A stretch of 64,000 nt of DNA from Euprymna scolopes (Eukaryota): assembly GCA_053919585.1 (NCBI GenBank), contig CM132787.1; one strand, given 5' to 3'. Every line of letters starts with the position of its first letter. Position 1 is the stretch's first letter. The translations under genes and the position numbers were made by a program. Shown here piece after piece: positions 52,630-64,000 of this stretch. The notes under the pieces are model-generated. The model saw only the letters and a list, made by a program, of their open reading frames with translations. It was not told where the DNA came from and searched no databases.

Positions 52630-54040
52630 CCAATCGACTTCCTGTGAGTCAGGAGTAAGTTGATTCAGTCTGTTATAAAGAAGTTGTCAACCATCTCAGC
52701 AAAAATAACCTATTTGGTGACAAGCAACATGGTTTCCATTCTGAAAGATTAACAGCTAATGTGCTGATAGTAATATCATACAGGATCAGTGAATTTATTG
52801 ACAATGGTTCCATTTCTAGAGCAATAATTCTTGAACTATCAAGGCATTTGATAAAGTTTGGCATAAAGATCTAGTTCACAAGATTTCCAACTACAGAATT
52901 GCTGGAAACGTTCTCTCGACCAACAATTTGTTCTCTCTGATAGGTTTATTAAAGTAGTTGCTGATGGGTAGAAATCCAAAGCTCATAGTATTAATACAGG
53001 CATGCCTCGGATCCCAATCCTGGGCTGAACTCTCTTAATCTTCATTAATCTCCCAAATCATATTCTATGATCATTTGGCAACATCTATGCAGACGATTCT
53101 ACCATTTATGCCAACAAATCAAAGGCTGATAAAAACCAGGATCTTTCTGATTTTTTTTCCTGGAGCATGTGGTACAACGGGGTGAAAAAAATAGCTAGCT
53201 ATCTTAATGCATCCAAAATCAAATTTTTATTTTTACCATTAATGCTTATATTCCCACTTTGTCTCAGTTGATATAAATGGCTATTGTCTTGGGGAAGCAC
53301 TAAGCTTTAACAAACCTACATCAGAAAATTGGTAGGATCAAAGTTTCTATTTTTAAAAAAGTATACGAATTTAAAAGTCAACCAATGGACAACCTTTTAA
53401 GCTAATAAAAGTCATCCTCGTTGTTTTTGTTTGTTTTTTTTTTTTGTCTTAGTACATATGTTGCATTTTTTTACTGTTAAATATAATCTCATATTTCTAG
53501 AAGAGACCTTGATCATCAGTGAGTCGGCCAATTTTTTTTTTTTTTCATTGCTAAACATGCAGATTTAATGAGCATGTGTGAGGAGTACTGATGCCACATA
53601 TGAGGAGGTGCTGCTCTGAGCATTCTTACCTGCCTTCACAGAGTACAAAACTGATTTCAAAATCTAATGGAGATATCTTCTGTTCCCTACAATCACTTTC
53701 TCGCAGAAGGGACGTTGCTCGTCTTTCTCTACTCTATTGTTATTTTCATGGTAGATGCTCGACTGAGCTTCAACCCCACCCTCCTGTTAAAAGATCCACA
53801 ACAAAACCTTGTATAGCTACAACCAAAATAATTTCTTTCTCCCTCTCTCCCTACCTAAAACTAAACAAAACTTCCACAAGCAAAGTTTCTTTTCTAACTT
53901 CCTGTCTGTGGAATATAATACCACAGAGCTGTTTCCAGCTGGCTACAACATGGCTGTTTTCAAGTCCAAATTCTTGTTAAGTCGCCCTCTTAAATAACCA
54001 TTTAATGCTTGTCCAGGAGTCACCCTACATTAAAATACAA
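52630..54040 (+). mobile_element. Old CR1-group family A fragments (52630-53320, 53575-54040)
   Basis: QHGF, IYADDSTIY, RRRDVARLSLLYCYFHGRCSTEL. Confidence 0.75.
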
Positions 54041-54084
54041 AATAAAGAAAAATATGTTTTATGTACATACCTATGACAAACCAA

Positions 54085-56045
54085 AAATATATCATATCAG
54101 CATAGATATAGCACTCTCCCTCGATACTAGCACACAAGTACATGTATTTGGTGACTTCAATGTCCACCATAGTAACTGGCTTGGATTCTCTACTTACACA
54201 GACGTAGCTGGTAATACAACACATAGCTTCTCTATATCTCATTCCCTATCTCAGACAGTTACATTTCAGACATGTTTCCCAGACCAGCAAGATCAATATG
54301 CCTCACTTCTATTTCTGACAACAGTTCCCGATGATTTTACAATAAATGCCCACAACCCACTCTGGAATGCTGGTCACGCTGTGATAATGGTAGAAATCAC
54401 CCTAAATTCTCGCCCTAAAACTGAAGACACACTAATCAAAACAATGAGGTATTACAAAAAGGGTGACTGGGAAGCCATCAGGGAGCTCATCAGAGATGTC
54501 CCATGGCAAAATATCTTTTCTCTTCCAGCGGAACAGTGTGCAAATGAGACCCCTGAATCGTTCAAAACTGCAATTGAAGCACATGTTCCCACACGGAAAT
54601 TCTATAGCAAGCCCCACTCTTCCCAATGGTTTACTTCTGCTTGTGTAGCTTCCATTGCTCAAAGGCAGCATGCGTTCCACAGATTCAACCAACATAAGTC
54701 CAGTTCAAACAGACAAAAGTATATAGAAGCCAGAAGAAATTGTAAGAGAGTAATAGCGACAGCTAAGACAGATTACACTGAAACTACCAGAAAATGCATC
54801 AAAGCACAGAAATTAGGAATCCGTGATTTTTGGAAAATCTACAACAGCGTAGTAAATAATGGGCAGTCAACGATTCCCCCACTATCAAACAATCATGAGA
54901 TTGCTTGCACGGCAACCGACAAGGCTAATCTGCTTGCCAGTCGGTTTGTCTCAAACTCCACACTGGACCCAGCACACCACTCCCTCCTTGACTTTCCTTT
55001 GCGGATAGACGTCACATTAGACAATTTGAAAATCACCCCTTCTTAGATAATGGTATCATAAAAAACCTAAACACCTCAAAAGCATGTGGACCCGATCTCA
55101 TCCCGGCTGTGCTATTAAAAAAAATGCTCTGCTGAGGTTGCTCCAGTTCTCTCCAAACTTTACAATAAATGGCTTAACGAATATCTTGCTTTCCCGACTG
55201 CTGGAAAACCGCTTCTGTGGTACCAGTCTTCAAGTATTCTGGTGAAAGAACTGACCCATTAAATTATCGTCCCATTAGCGTCCTCCCGCTTTTCGCCAAA
55301 ATATTTGAGTCCTTAATTAATCAAGCCCTAGTCCAACACCTAACTGCTGCTAAACTCCTGATTGACAAACAATATGGATTTAGGTAAGTCCGTTCAACAG
55401 CAGATATCTTAACTGTAATCTTTGAATGTATATACCGTTCACTGGACAAAACAGGGGAGGGTAGAGCGGTAGCCCTCGATATATTTGTACCTTTATATGG
55501 CCACCATTCGCCCATATATGGAGTGCTGTTGTCACATTTGGGCTGGTACATCTGCTGCTTGTCTCTCACTCCTGGACAGGGTTCAAAAGAGAGTCACCAA
55601 CCTGATAGGTCCTGAACTGTCATTTAGGCTTCAGCCTCTGTCCCACCAATGAAATTTGGGATCCCTCTGCCTGTTCTACAAATACTTTAATGGTGAATGC
55701 TCTGACGAACTACAAGCACTTATACCTCCCCGGCGTGACTACCCCCGACAAACCCAACAAGCAACTAAGTCCCACCCTTTTACAGTAGAGATCCCTAGGT
55801 GTAAGAAAGCCTTTTCCTCCAATAGTTTCTTCCCCAGAACTGCAAAACTTTGGAACTTCCTTCCGGGATTCTGTTTTCCCAACTGTACTGATATGCAGAA
55901 GTTCAAGTGTAATGTGAACAAACATCTTCCTACTCATCTCCCTCCCTTCATAATGCTCCTGCAACTTATGTCCCCGATAGTAGCCCCCTACTTCAAAGTG
56001 GCACTGTGCCTTGTTTGGGGTGAAAATTGAATTTAAAAAAATAAA
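54085..56045 (+). mobile_element. CR1-group family B LINE (APE to 3' tail) with an internal RT deletion near 55485
   Basis: VFGDFNVHH, QYGFR; jumps from ALDI straight to LYLY; family B tail. Confidence 0.9.
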
Positions 56046-56485
56046 AAATATTCCAAAATCAAATAAATTGATCAAGTAAATTTATTTTTATAACGAAAAT
56101 CATTTTTAAGCGAATTTTAGTTTTTCCAATGTCTCCCATGTTAAGAATGGCTTTCTAAAATTTTGCAAGTTAGAATTATTTGGAGTTCTCTTCCTTGGTC
56201 CTTCAGTCTGTTTTTTATGATGGCATCGTGATATCATTGATGTTCGTTTGAACAATTTACCTGACTTTTGGTGTACAATATTTTCTTTCTATCATGGATA
56301 CGTACATCGTACAGATTTTTCTTTATTTTGTTGTATTTTAATATGGGGGGATTTTGGACAAGCACCCACAATTCTGCTCAATCACCATCGTCATTACCAA
56401 TCATCAGTATTGTCTCACCATTCATTTGACACTCAGTTAACTCTCATTGTCAAGTGACATTTTAGTAAAATAAATAAATAAATAA

Positions 56486-57022
56486 CAGGGCTCTACATTT
56501 CAAGTGAAACAGTCGCATTCGTGAGTGATTTTTCAAAGTGGTGACTAGAAATAATGAAACACTTATCTTTTAGCAATTGTATTTCTTTCCCTGACAATCT
56601 TTCAAAGCTCACTACTGAGTGAAAAATATGTTTTCAACCTTTTTTTTTTAATAAAACGAACAAAGTTAAATTATTTAAATAATAAAAGTTTAATAGAACA
56701 ATATACTATATTATATATCTATTATTTATCCTTTTTTTTCTTTTTATTTTTTTAACGAAGTCTGTTTAAAAAGAAATATCTGAAGAAATTCGAATGTTTA
56801 TACCTTCAAGTATCAACATAAAATTTGTTGTCTATTTAGAATTACACTTATTAAAAAAAAATACAGAAAAATCTTTATGATGTTCATACTCGTCACAGAA
56901 CAAAGATGTCATATTCTAAAAATCATATCGGTTTGGCTTGTAACTTTTCTATTTGGCTAGTAAATGAAAATATTTAGTTGTCAAAGGTGTCAACTAAAGA
57001 TAAATTTGTCCGTAGAGGCCTG
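56486..57022. mobile_element. hAT-like MITE in (AATA)n
   Basis: TIR cagggctctac / gtagaggcctg. Confidence 0.5.
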
Positions 57023-57199
57023 AATGAATAAATAAATATTGTCCAAGCTTTTCTGTATGGCAGTCATATTTTATGCTGAAGTTAGGAATAACCTTTTCAT
57101 CACAAAAAGCTTAAATTTAATGCACATATCTTTAGAATATTTGCTTCTATTTTATGATCTAGTATCGCCCTGGGCCATAAAAGCTAAATAGAAAATGCT

Positions 57200-57231
<32 letters not shown>

Positions 57232-57685
57232 TGTGATGAGTGAAAAAAACCTTTAGAGGCCCTATAAGCACTACTGGAAGTACAAAATAAAATTAAAGAT
57301 GCCTCCAGAGCACAACTTCTCTCTACCTTTCTTTGTAGAAAAATGACAATAGTTAAGAAATGATAAATTAAATCCGAAGTTAGGATCTTCAATTTGAAAA
57401 AATTCTGGCTCATTTTCTGGACTCTATTAATGCATGATAACATTAACGCTCCTGTTTAATCTATATAATTATAAAACTCTGTGAACCGTTCAACTGCCCT
57501 TGAATGCATTTTGTCTATTAAAAATATTGTTGTCATGGAAACCAGTTTGTATTTAATAAAATCCACACTCCTTTCCGCAGTCAAACCATAATAAGTACAA
57601 ATAAACTTCAGTTTTTGCTTAACTCATAGACATGAATGTTTTGGTTTCAGTTTTGATTCTAGCTGATCGCACTCAAATTATTATT

Positions 57686-57719
<34 letters not shown>

Positions 57720-58619
57720 GAAATTGTGACTATATATTGTGTACAATATAATATGAAATTAGCAGTACCCTCTAACCGGTGTTGCCCGATGGAAGCGTGC
57801 TCCACCCCAAATTAAAGTATGGTTGTTGTTGCTGCTGCCCAACCCCCAACCTTCTCATGTTACGAATGGTTTTCACAATAGACACCCCCTACTCCTCATG
57901 GTACGAACAGCTATTGGAAGTGATACCCCCACCTCCCCTTGTCAAGAACTGGTGGAGAGACGTGGTATAAGATTATTGAGCAACCCCCAGCCGTAAAAAA
58001 AAGAAGAAAATAGCAGCAAGAAGGGGAAGGGGTTAGACGCACTAGGCAGCCCAGTTGAGAAAAAGGTGACAACAAAAAGTAGCAGGCAGGGATGCAGACA
58101 GGCTCAAACTTTTTAAGCAAAGGAAGAAAAGAAGGTGGAAAAAAAAAGCCATCCATTTAGCCGTCATGGCCACGGTGTCTTACGACATCGTGGGCAGGCG
58201 AAATAAGATTACTCATCACAAGGCATATGATGACTTTGGAGAGGGATCGAGCAAGAGAGAGAGAAGAGAGTCTGTAAGTTTGACAGACTAAATTCGTTGT
58301 TTTCAAAAAAGAATAAAAGAAAATACTTTATTAGACAGTTTTAAATATGAAATTAAAAAAAGAAAATGTAACTCATATTTTTGTTGTTACATAGTTTTTA
58401 ATGCTTTTTAGTTGATCCAAAAAAAAATAAATAAATAAATAAAGTTATCACGAGCGGTTCACAGAAACATTTTTATGTTTTCCTTCTCATTTGTTTGGTT
58501 GTTAGGGGTGGGTGGTAGAGGTTAATCAACTCTAGAACGTGCATAGTTTAATAGGTTCCTTTGCTGTTTAATTAACCGTTGTTCCATAGGTAACACACTG
58601 ACATTTACCGGGGGGGGGG

Positions 58620-61495
58620 TATTACATTTTCACACCAAACAAGGCACATTGCCACTTTGGTGTAGGGGGCTACTATCAGGGGCAACAACTATTGGGGCAC
58701 TATGTAGGGATTTGGGCAGCAAGATGTCGGTTACCGTTACGCTTGAACTTCTGCACGTCAGTACAGTTATGGAAGAAGGGACCTGGAATGGCTTTCCAAA
58801 TTCTAGCGGTTCTGAGAAACAAACTATTGGAGTAGAAAGATCTTTTACATCTAGGGATCTCTACTGTGTGAGGATGGGATTTAGCTTCCTGTCGGGTTTG
58901 TCGAGGGTGTTTACGTCGTGGGGGCACAAGTGCTTGCAGTTCGTCAGAGCATTCACCATTAAAATACTTGTAGAACAGGCAGAGGGATGCAACATTTTGT
59001 CGATGGGACAGAGGCTGAAGCTTAGATGCCAGTTCAGGGCCTATCAGATTGGCGGCTCTCTTTTGAACCTTGTCTAGGAGCGAGAGACTAGTAGATGCAC
59101 CAGCCCAAATACGACAGCAATACTCCATACACAGGCGAATGGTGGCCTTATAGAGGTATAGGATACTTTCGGGTGTTAGTAGTTTTCTAGCACGGTAGAG
59201 AGAGCCTACCTTCTTTGCAGCGGTCCTGGCAATGCTTTCAATGTAATTGTTCCAACTCATGTTTCCTGTGAACATTAGGCCAAGGAGCTTGAAAGATGTA
59301 CTCTCAGATAAAGAGTTGTTGGCCATTGCTATAGGTTATAGAGGAAGTTTCTTGTAGTTATTGAAGGAAACTAGTTTAGTCTTGGCGGCATTGAATGTGA
59401 CCATCCATTTTTGTCCCCATTCCACTACAGATTGGAGGTCATCCTATAGTATTTCTGCCATTTCTTTTGATATGTGTTCCTGTCATGCCTGTTATAGAGT
59501 GTGGTGTCATCAGCATATATACCCATCTCAGAGGCAGTTTTGTCAGGAAGATCTTTTATGAATATTAGGAACAATAGAGGTCCAAGAATAGATCCTTGGG
59601 GCACTCCCGCATTTATATCATATTGTTTAAATGTACGACTGTCGAGGACAATCTGGATTTTTCTCTTATCTAAGAAGGATTTAATTATGTTAAGTATTCT
59701 ACCAGTGATACCATATGATCTAATTTTCCTGAGGAGACCCTCATGCCATACCCTGTCAAAAGCCTTAGATATATCTAGAGCTACTGATCTGCCCTCCCCT
59801 TGTCCAGTGAATATTATATACGTTCAGAGATTACAGTTTGGATGTCTGCTGTGGAACGGGCTTGTCTAAATCCATACTGTTGGTCAGTCAGAAGTTTAGC
59901 ATCTGTAAAGTGATGGACTAGAGCATGGTTATTTAAGAATTATTGAATACTGGTACCACAGAAGCAGTTTTCAATCAGCCCGGAAAGCAAGATTCATTAA
60001 GTCATTTGTTGTAGAGTTTGGAGAGAACTGAAGCTACTTTGGCTGAGCACTTTTTTAATAGCACAGCTGGGATGAGATCGGGCCCCCATGCTTTTGAAGT
60101 ATCAAGGTTTTTTATGATAGCATGCACCTGAGTAGGGGTGATTTTCAGATCGTCTAGCGTGGCGTCTGTCTGCATAGGAAAGTCAGGTAGGGGATGGTTG
60201 GAAGGGTCCAGTGTGGACTTTGAGGCAAACCGACTGGCAAGCATGTTAGCCTTCTCAGTTGCTGAGCAAACAACCTCAGGATTGTTGGTTAGTGGGGGGA
60301 ATTGTTGATTGCCCATTATTTACTACACTGTTGTAGATTTTCCAGAAGTCACGAGTGCCTAATTTTTGTGCTTCGATGCATTTTTTAGTGGTTTCCGTAA
60401 ATTCTCTCTTAGCTGTCGCTATTTCTTTCTTAACGTTACTACTAGCTTCTATATGGTTCTGTTTGAACTGGACTTATGTCGGTTAAATCTGCGGTATGCA
60501 TGCTGCCTTTGAGCAATGGCAGTTGCACAAGTCGAAGTAAACCATTGGGGAGAGTGGGGTTTGCTATAAAATTTCCGCATGGAAACGTGCTTCAATTGCA
60601 GTTTTGAACCATTCAGTGGTCTCATTTGCACACTGTTCAGCAGGAAGAGAAAAAATATTTCCCCATGGGACATCTCAAATAAGATCTCTGATGGCTTCCC
60701 AGTCAGCCTTTTTATAATATCTCGTTGTTTTGAGCACTGGCTCTTCAGTTTTGGCTCTAGAGTTTAGGGCGATTTCAACCATTACCACTGCATGATCGGC
60801 GTTCCCAAGTGGGCTGTCGGCATTCGTTATACAATCATTGGGAGCTGTGGTCAGAAACAGATCTAGAAGTGATGCATGTTGTTCTTGCTGGTCAGGGAAA
60901 CGGGTTGGAAATGTAACCATTTGTGATAGGGAGTGAGATATAGAGAAGCTATGTGTTCTGCTGCCCGCTGCGTCTGTGTGAGTAGAGAATCCAAGCCAGT
61001 TTTTGTGGTGAACATTAAAGTCACCAAATACATGTACTTGTGCGCTAGTGTTGAGGGAGAGTGCTGTGTCTATGCTGTCAGAGACTTTGTTTATTATGGT
61101 GCAGTCCTGGGTCGAGGGAGAGCAGTAGAGAAAATAAAAGTAGCTAATGTTGTGTTGCATGTGAAGTCTAAAGCACATAAAGGCTTGATTGTCCGATTCT
61201 AGGTTTGTTTCTCTAGTCAAGGGAAGGGTATTACGAATGTGAACTCCAAGTCCGTACATATGTCTGTCAGTCCTTACGGTAGAGTGGGAGATATCCAGGC
61301 ATGTTAAAGTAGTTAGAGGGGATGGAGGAGTGTAGGTTAGTCTCACTTAGTGCTAAGATATCCAGGGTATTTTTTAGGAAAAATGCTTCAACATCAGCTA
61401 AATTAATTCTAAGCCCACCGATGTTCGTGAATGCAAGCCTCAAGGGAGGAGGCAAGTTGGATTTGTTTGACCCTAACATATAAAAAAAATTCCGT
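58620..61495 (-). mobile_element. CR1-group family B LINE covering nearly the whole decayed APE-RT ORF
   Basis: AFTNIGGLR, LALSET, GDFNVHH, GNADH, GVPQGSILGP, then the 3' tail; possible degenerate TSD atttacnngggg at ~58603 and ~61496. Confidence 0.9.
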
Positions 61496-63988
61496 ATTTA
61501 CATGGGGAGGGGGGCAGCGTGGATAAAAAAGAAAAACAATTGAAGCTGTGGTAATGTTGATTGATTACTTACCGGCGTCCACAACTAAAAATAGTTTTCT
61601 CAAAGTTGTATTAAGAAACAGAAATTTATTTAAGAACGAAAACATGAAATCCTATCCTGAGGAAATGAAACGAAACTTCTTGTTTTTTTTGTTTTTTTAA
61701 TTACTGCAATAGTCAGTGTCAATTATTTCACTTTTCACCACAACAAAAAAATATAGTAGAAAAATAATTTGTCAAAAAAAAAAAATTAGGTGCATGCAAA
61801 ATAACGAAAAATAACAAATCACCGTTTTGGTTAGTTCTGTCAAGAGAAGCCAACAAAAAAAAAAAAAAGTGAAAAAGGCAAGATAAGTTACTCTTCTACC
61901 TACCTGGATAATTTTTGTGTTTTAATGTATTTTAAAGCTTTTATTTGGTACAACAATGGCCACCACATATAACATTTATAACAGAAAATTTAAATGCGAT
62001 ATTCGTTTTCAGCAATGGCAAAAATCTTTAAAAGTCATCATATTAAAGGAAAATGTTAAGGTGGAAACCAAGTAAGATTTTATAACTATCATCAACTATT
62101 CTTGTCTGTTGGTTGGTTTTGTGTTGGCCTACTACAATTACCAAATACCCCCCTTCATCAAAATTACCAGTCCCCCCTCAAAAAATGTGGCCATAAATTG
62201 GGGGCTCATTTTACATTAAATTAATATAGAAAAGTGTTTCACCACATTTTGTAACAATAAATTTATTATAAAAACAATTTTAAATAAATTTTAAATAAAT
62301 TTATCATATCTTAGAAACTATTTGTTTCTTGTAGTTTTAAATGTTGTTGTTTTCAGCACTCCTGTAAACCTAAAATAGTAATTTCAAAGACTGCACCTTT
62401 ACCTAAAAAAATGAAACAAAAATAAACAAATGAAAATAAACCTAAAAAAAAAACAAATAAAAAGGAAACACAAAACAAACCAAGTTTCTTCATTTCATTT
62501 TGATAATAACAAAAACAAATAAAACTGAAAAAAAGAAAAGAAAAATTGTTTCGTTTCATTTTGACAATAAAAAAATGAGAAAAATGTGGAAAAAAAATAC
62601 AAAATGGTATCCGTATTTATTGCAAGGCGTATGATGACTTTAGAGAGAGAGAGATAGGGAGAGAGAGAAAGAGAGGGAGTATGTGAGTTGTGACAGTCTA
62701 AATTTGTTGTTTTCAATAAAGAAAAAAAGGAAACGTGTAATCGGACATTTATAAATATGGGAGTTTCCCCAAAAGTAAAGAAATGTGGATCATAGTTTTT
62801 TGTGTTGTTGCGTAATATTTAAGCCTTTTGAGTAAAGTTGAGTAAAAAAGAAAGTTTTCATGAGCGGTTCACAGAAACATTTCTGTTTTCTTTTTATTTT
62901 TGTTGGGGGGAAGTAGGGCTTCAACATTTCACATAAATTCTATGTTTACATTTTAGTTGGGATACATGATCTGTATAAAAATCTAGATTTGTGGATGCTT
63001 CTCTATCAGTAAGTGAAGACAATAATTTATAGTTTTTGAAGTGTTCGTTTAACACCGGGATTACTTTCATTCTGGAATAGGAGAATGGCACATATCAGCC
63101 AATCAGAAGCCACAGAACATATCTGGGGAGACCTTCAAGGAATGGAAGCTGAATGCTGTCTGAGTTTACGCATCAGTTATGAAGTGTGGGGTCTCAATAC
63201 AAGTAGTCTGTGTATAAATTCACGCGGTGTAGAATGGAAATATGGGACTCCTTCCTCTGTAGGTTATTTTGATGATGATGACGTCACTCCTAGGATTTAA
63301 TCTAAGATTTTATTATAACAAATAAATGTATCTAAAATGTTGTTTTACAGTTACATAAGATAGTGACTGATACTGTAGACATAATAAATTTTTATGTGGC
63401 TTCTGTTGTTGTAAACCTACGGTATTTTGGTTCAGAAGGGAATTTCTCAATGAAATTATTATATATAGGATAATTCACTCTATAATAATAAATATGAAAT
63501 CTGCATAAATTAAAATATATTTAAGCGTATTTTACAGCCAAGCCACCAGACACCCCTGCTTGTTCTTGATAAAATTCTTTTGTGTTTGTAAGAATCATAT
63601 TGTTGATTATAAGAATTAGCAAGAATACTTTGTATAAGCATGAAACTATTAACAATAGAAAAATTGAAAACTTTACAAGAACAATATTTTTGTTAATGTT
63701 GCTTCCATCTTGCTGCATTCTGTCCGTTCAGTTCAGGGGAGACAATTTTTTTAGTTATTTTTCTTTATTTCCGCTTATAACACATTCAATGAAAAAAAAA
63801 GTCATTTGACCTTCGAAGAATTTTTTTTTCTAAATTTTAGATATTTTACTGGTGTTGCACTGATTAAAAGTATGCCGACTTTGTCGGGTTTGTTGTGTAT
63901 CTTAGAAGTTTTAGCTGGTTATGCAAACATACAAACACACAGACAACTGCATTTTATATAATGACTTTGTTTTATTTTCTTTTTGCAG

Positions 63989-64000
63989 ATACGAAATTGA
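63989..64000 (+). CDS. Start of the putative fourth coding exon (R-YEI...), continuing beyond the window
   Basis: Strong acceptor tttgttttattttctttttgcAG ending at 63988. The phase-2 junction AG|A gives Arg and the frame stays open, but only 12 nt are visible. Confidence 0.5.
   Translation: MRN

Overview
AT-rich invertebrate (metazoan) genomic DNA; the host cannot be identified from sequence alone. The window appears to be one + strand spliced gene. Four phase-compatible coding exons (3630-3738, 18753-18862, 48668-49134, 63989->64000) are separated by introns of about 15, 30 and 15 kb. They encode a type II membrane protein with a bacterial-type HtrL/YibB-like domain. The introns are packed with mobile elements: two CR1-group LINE families, a near-intact I-group (Nimb-like) LINE with a pseudoknot-rich 5' UTR and a SINE that shares its 3' tail, a decayed Ty1/copia element primed by a half-tRNAiMet plus a solo LTR, Penelope-like remnants, 5S rRNA-derived SINEs, non-autonomous Helitrons, mariner/hAT-type elements and three tandem arrays (26, 28 and 53 bp). 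Three different repeat families carry hammerhead ribozyme folds, one of them fused to a tRNA-like Pol III head. No prokaryotic operons or CRISPR arrays are present. Coordinates of decayed repeats were read by eye and are approximate.
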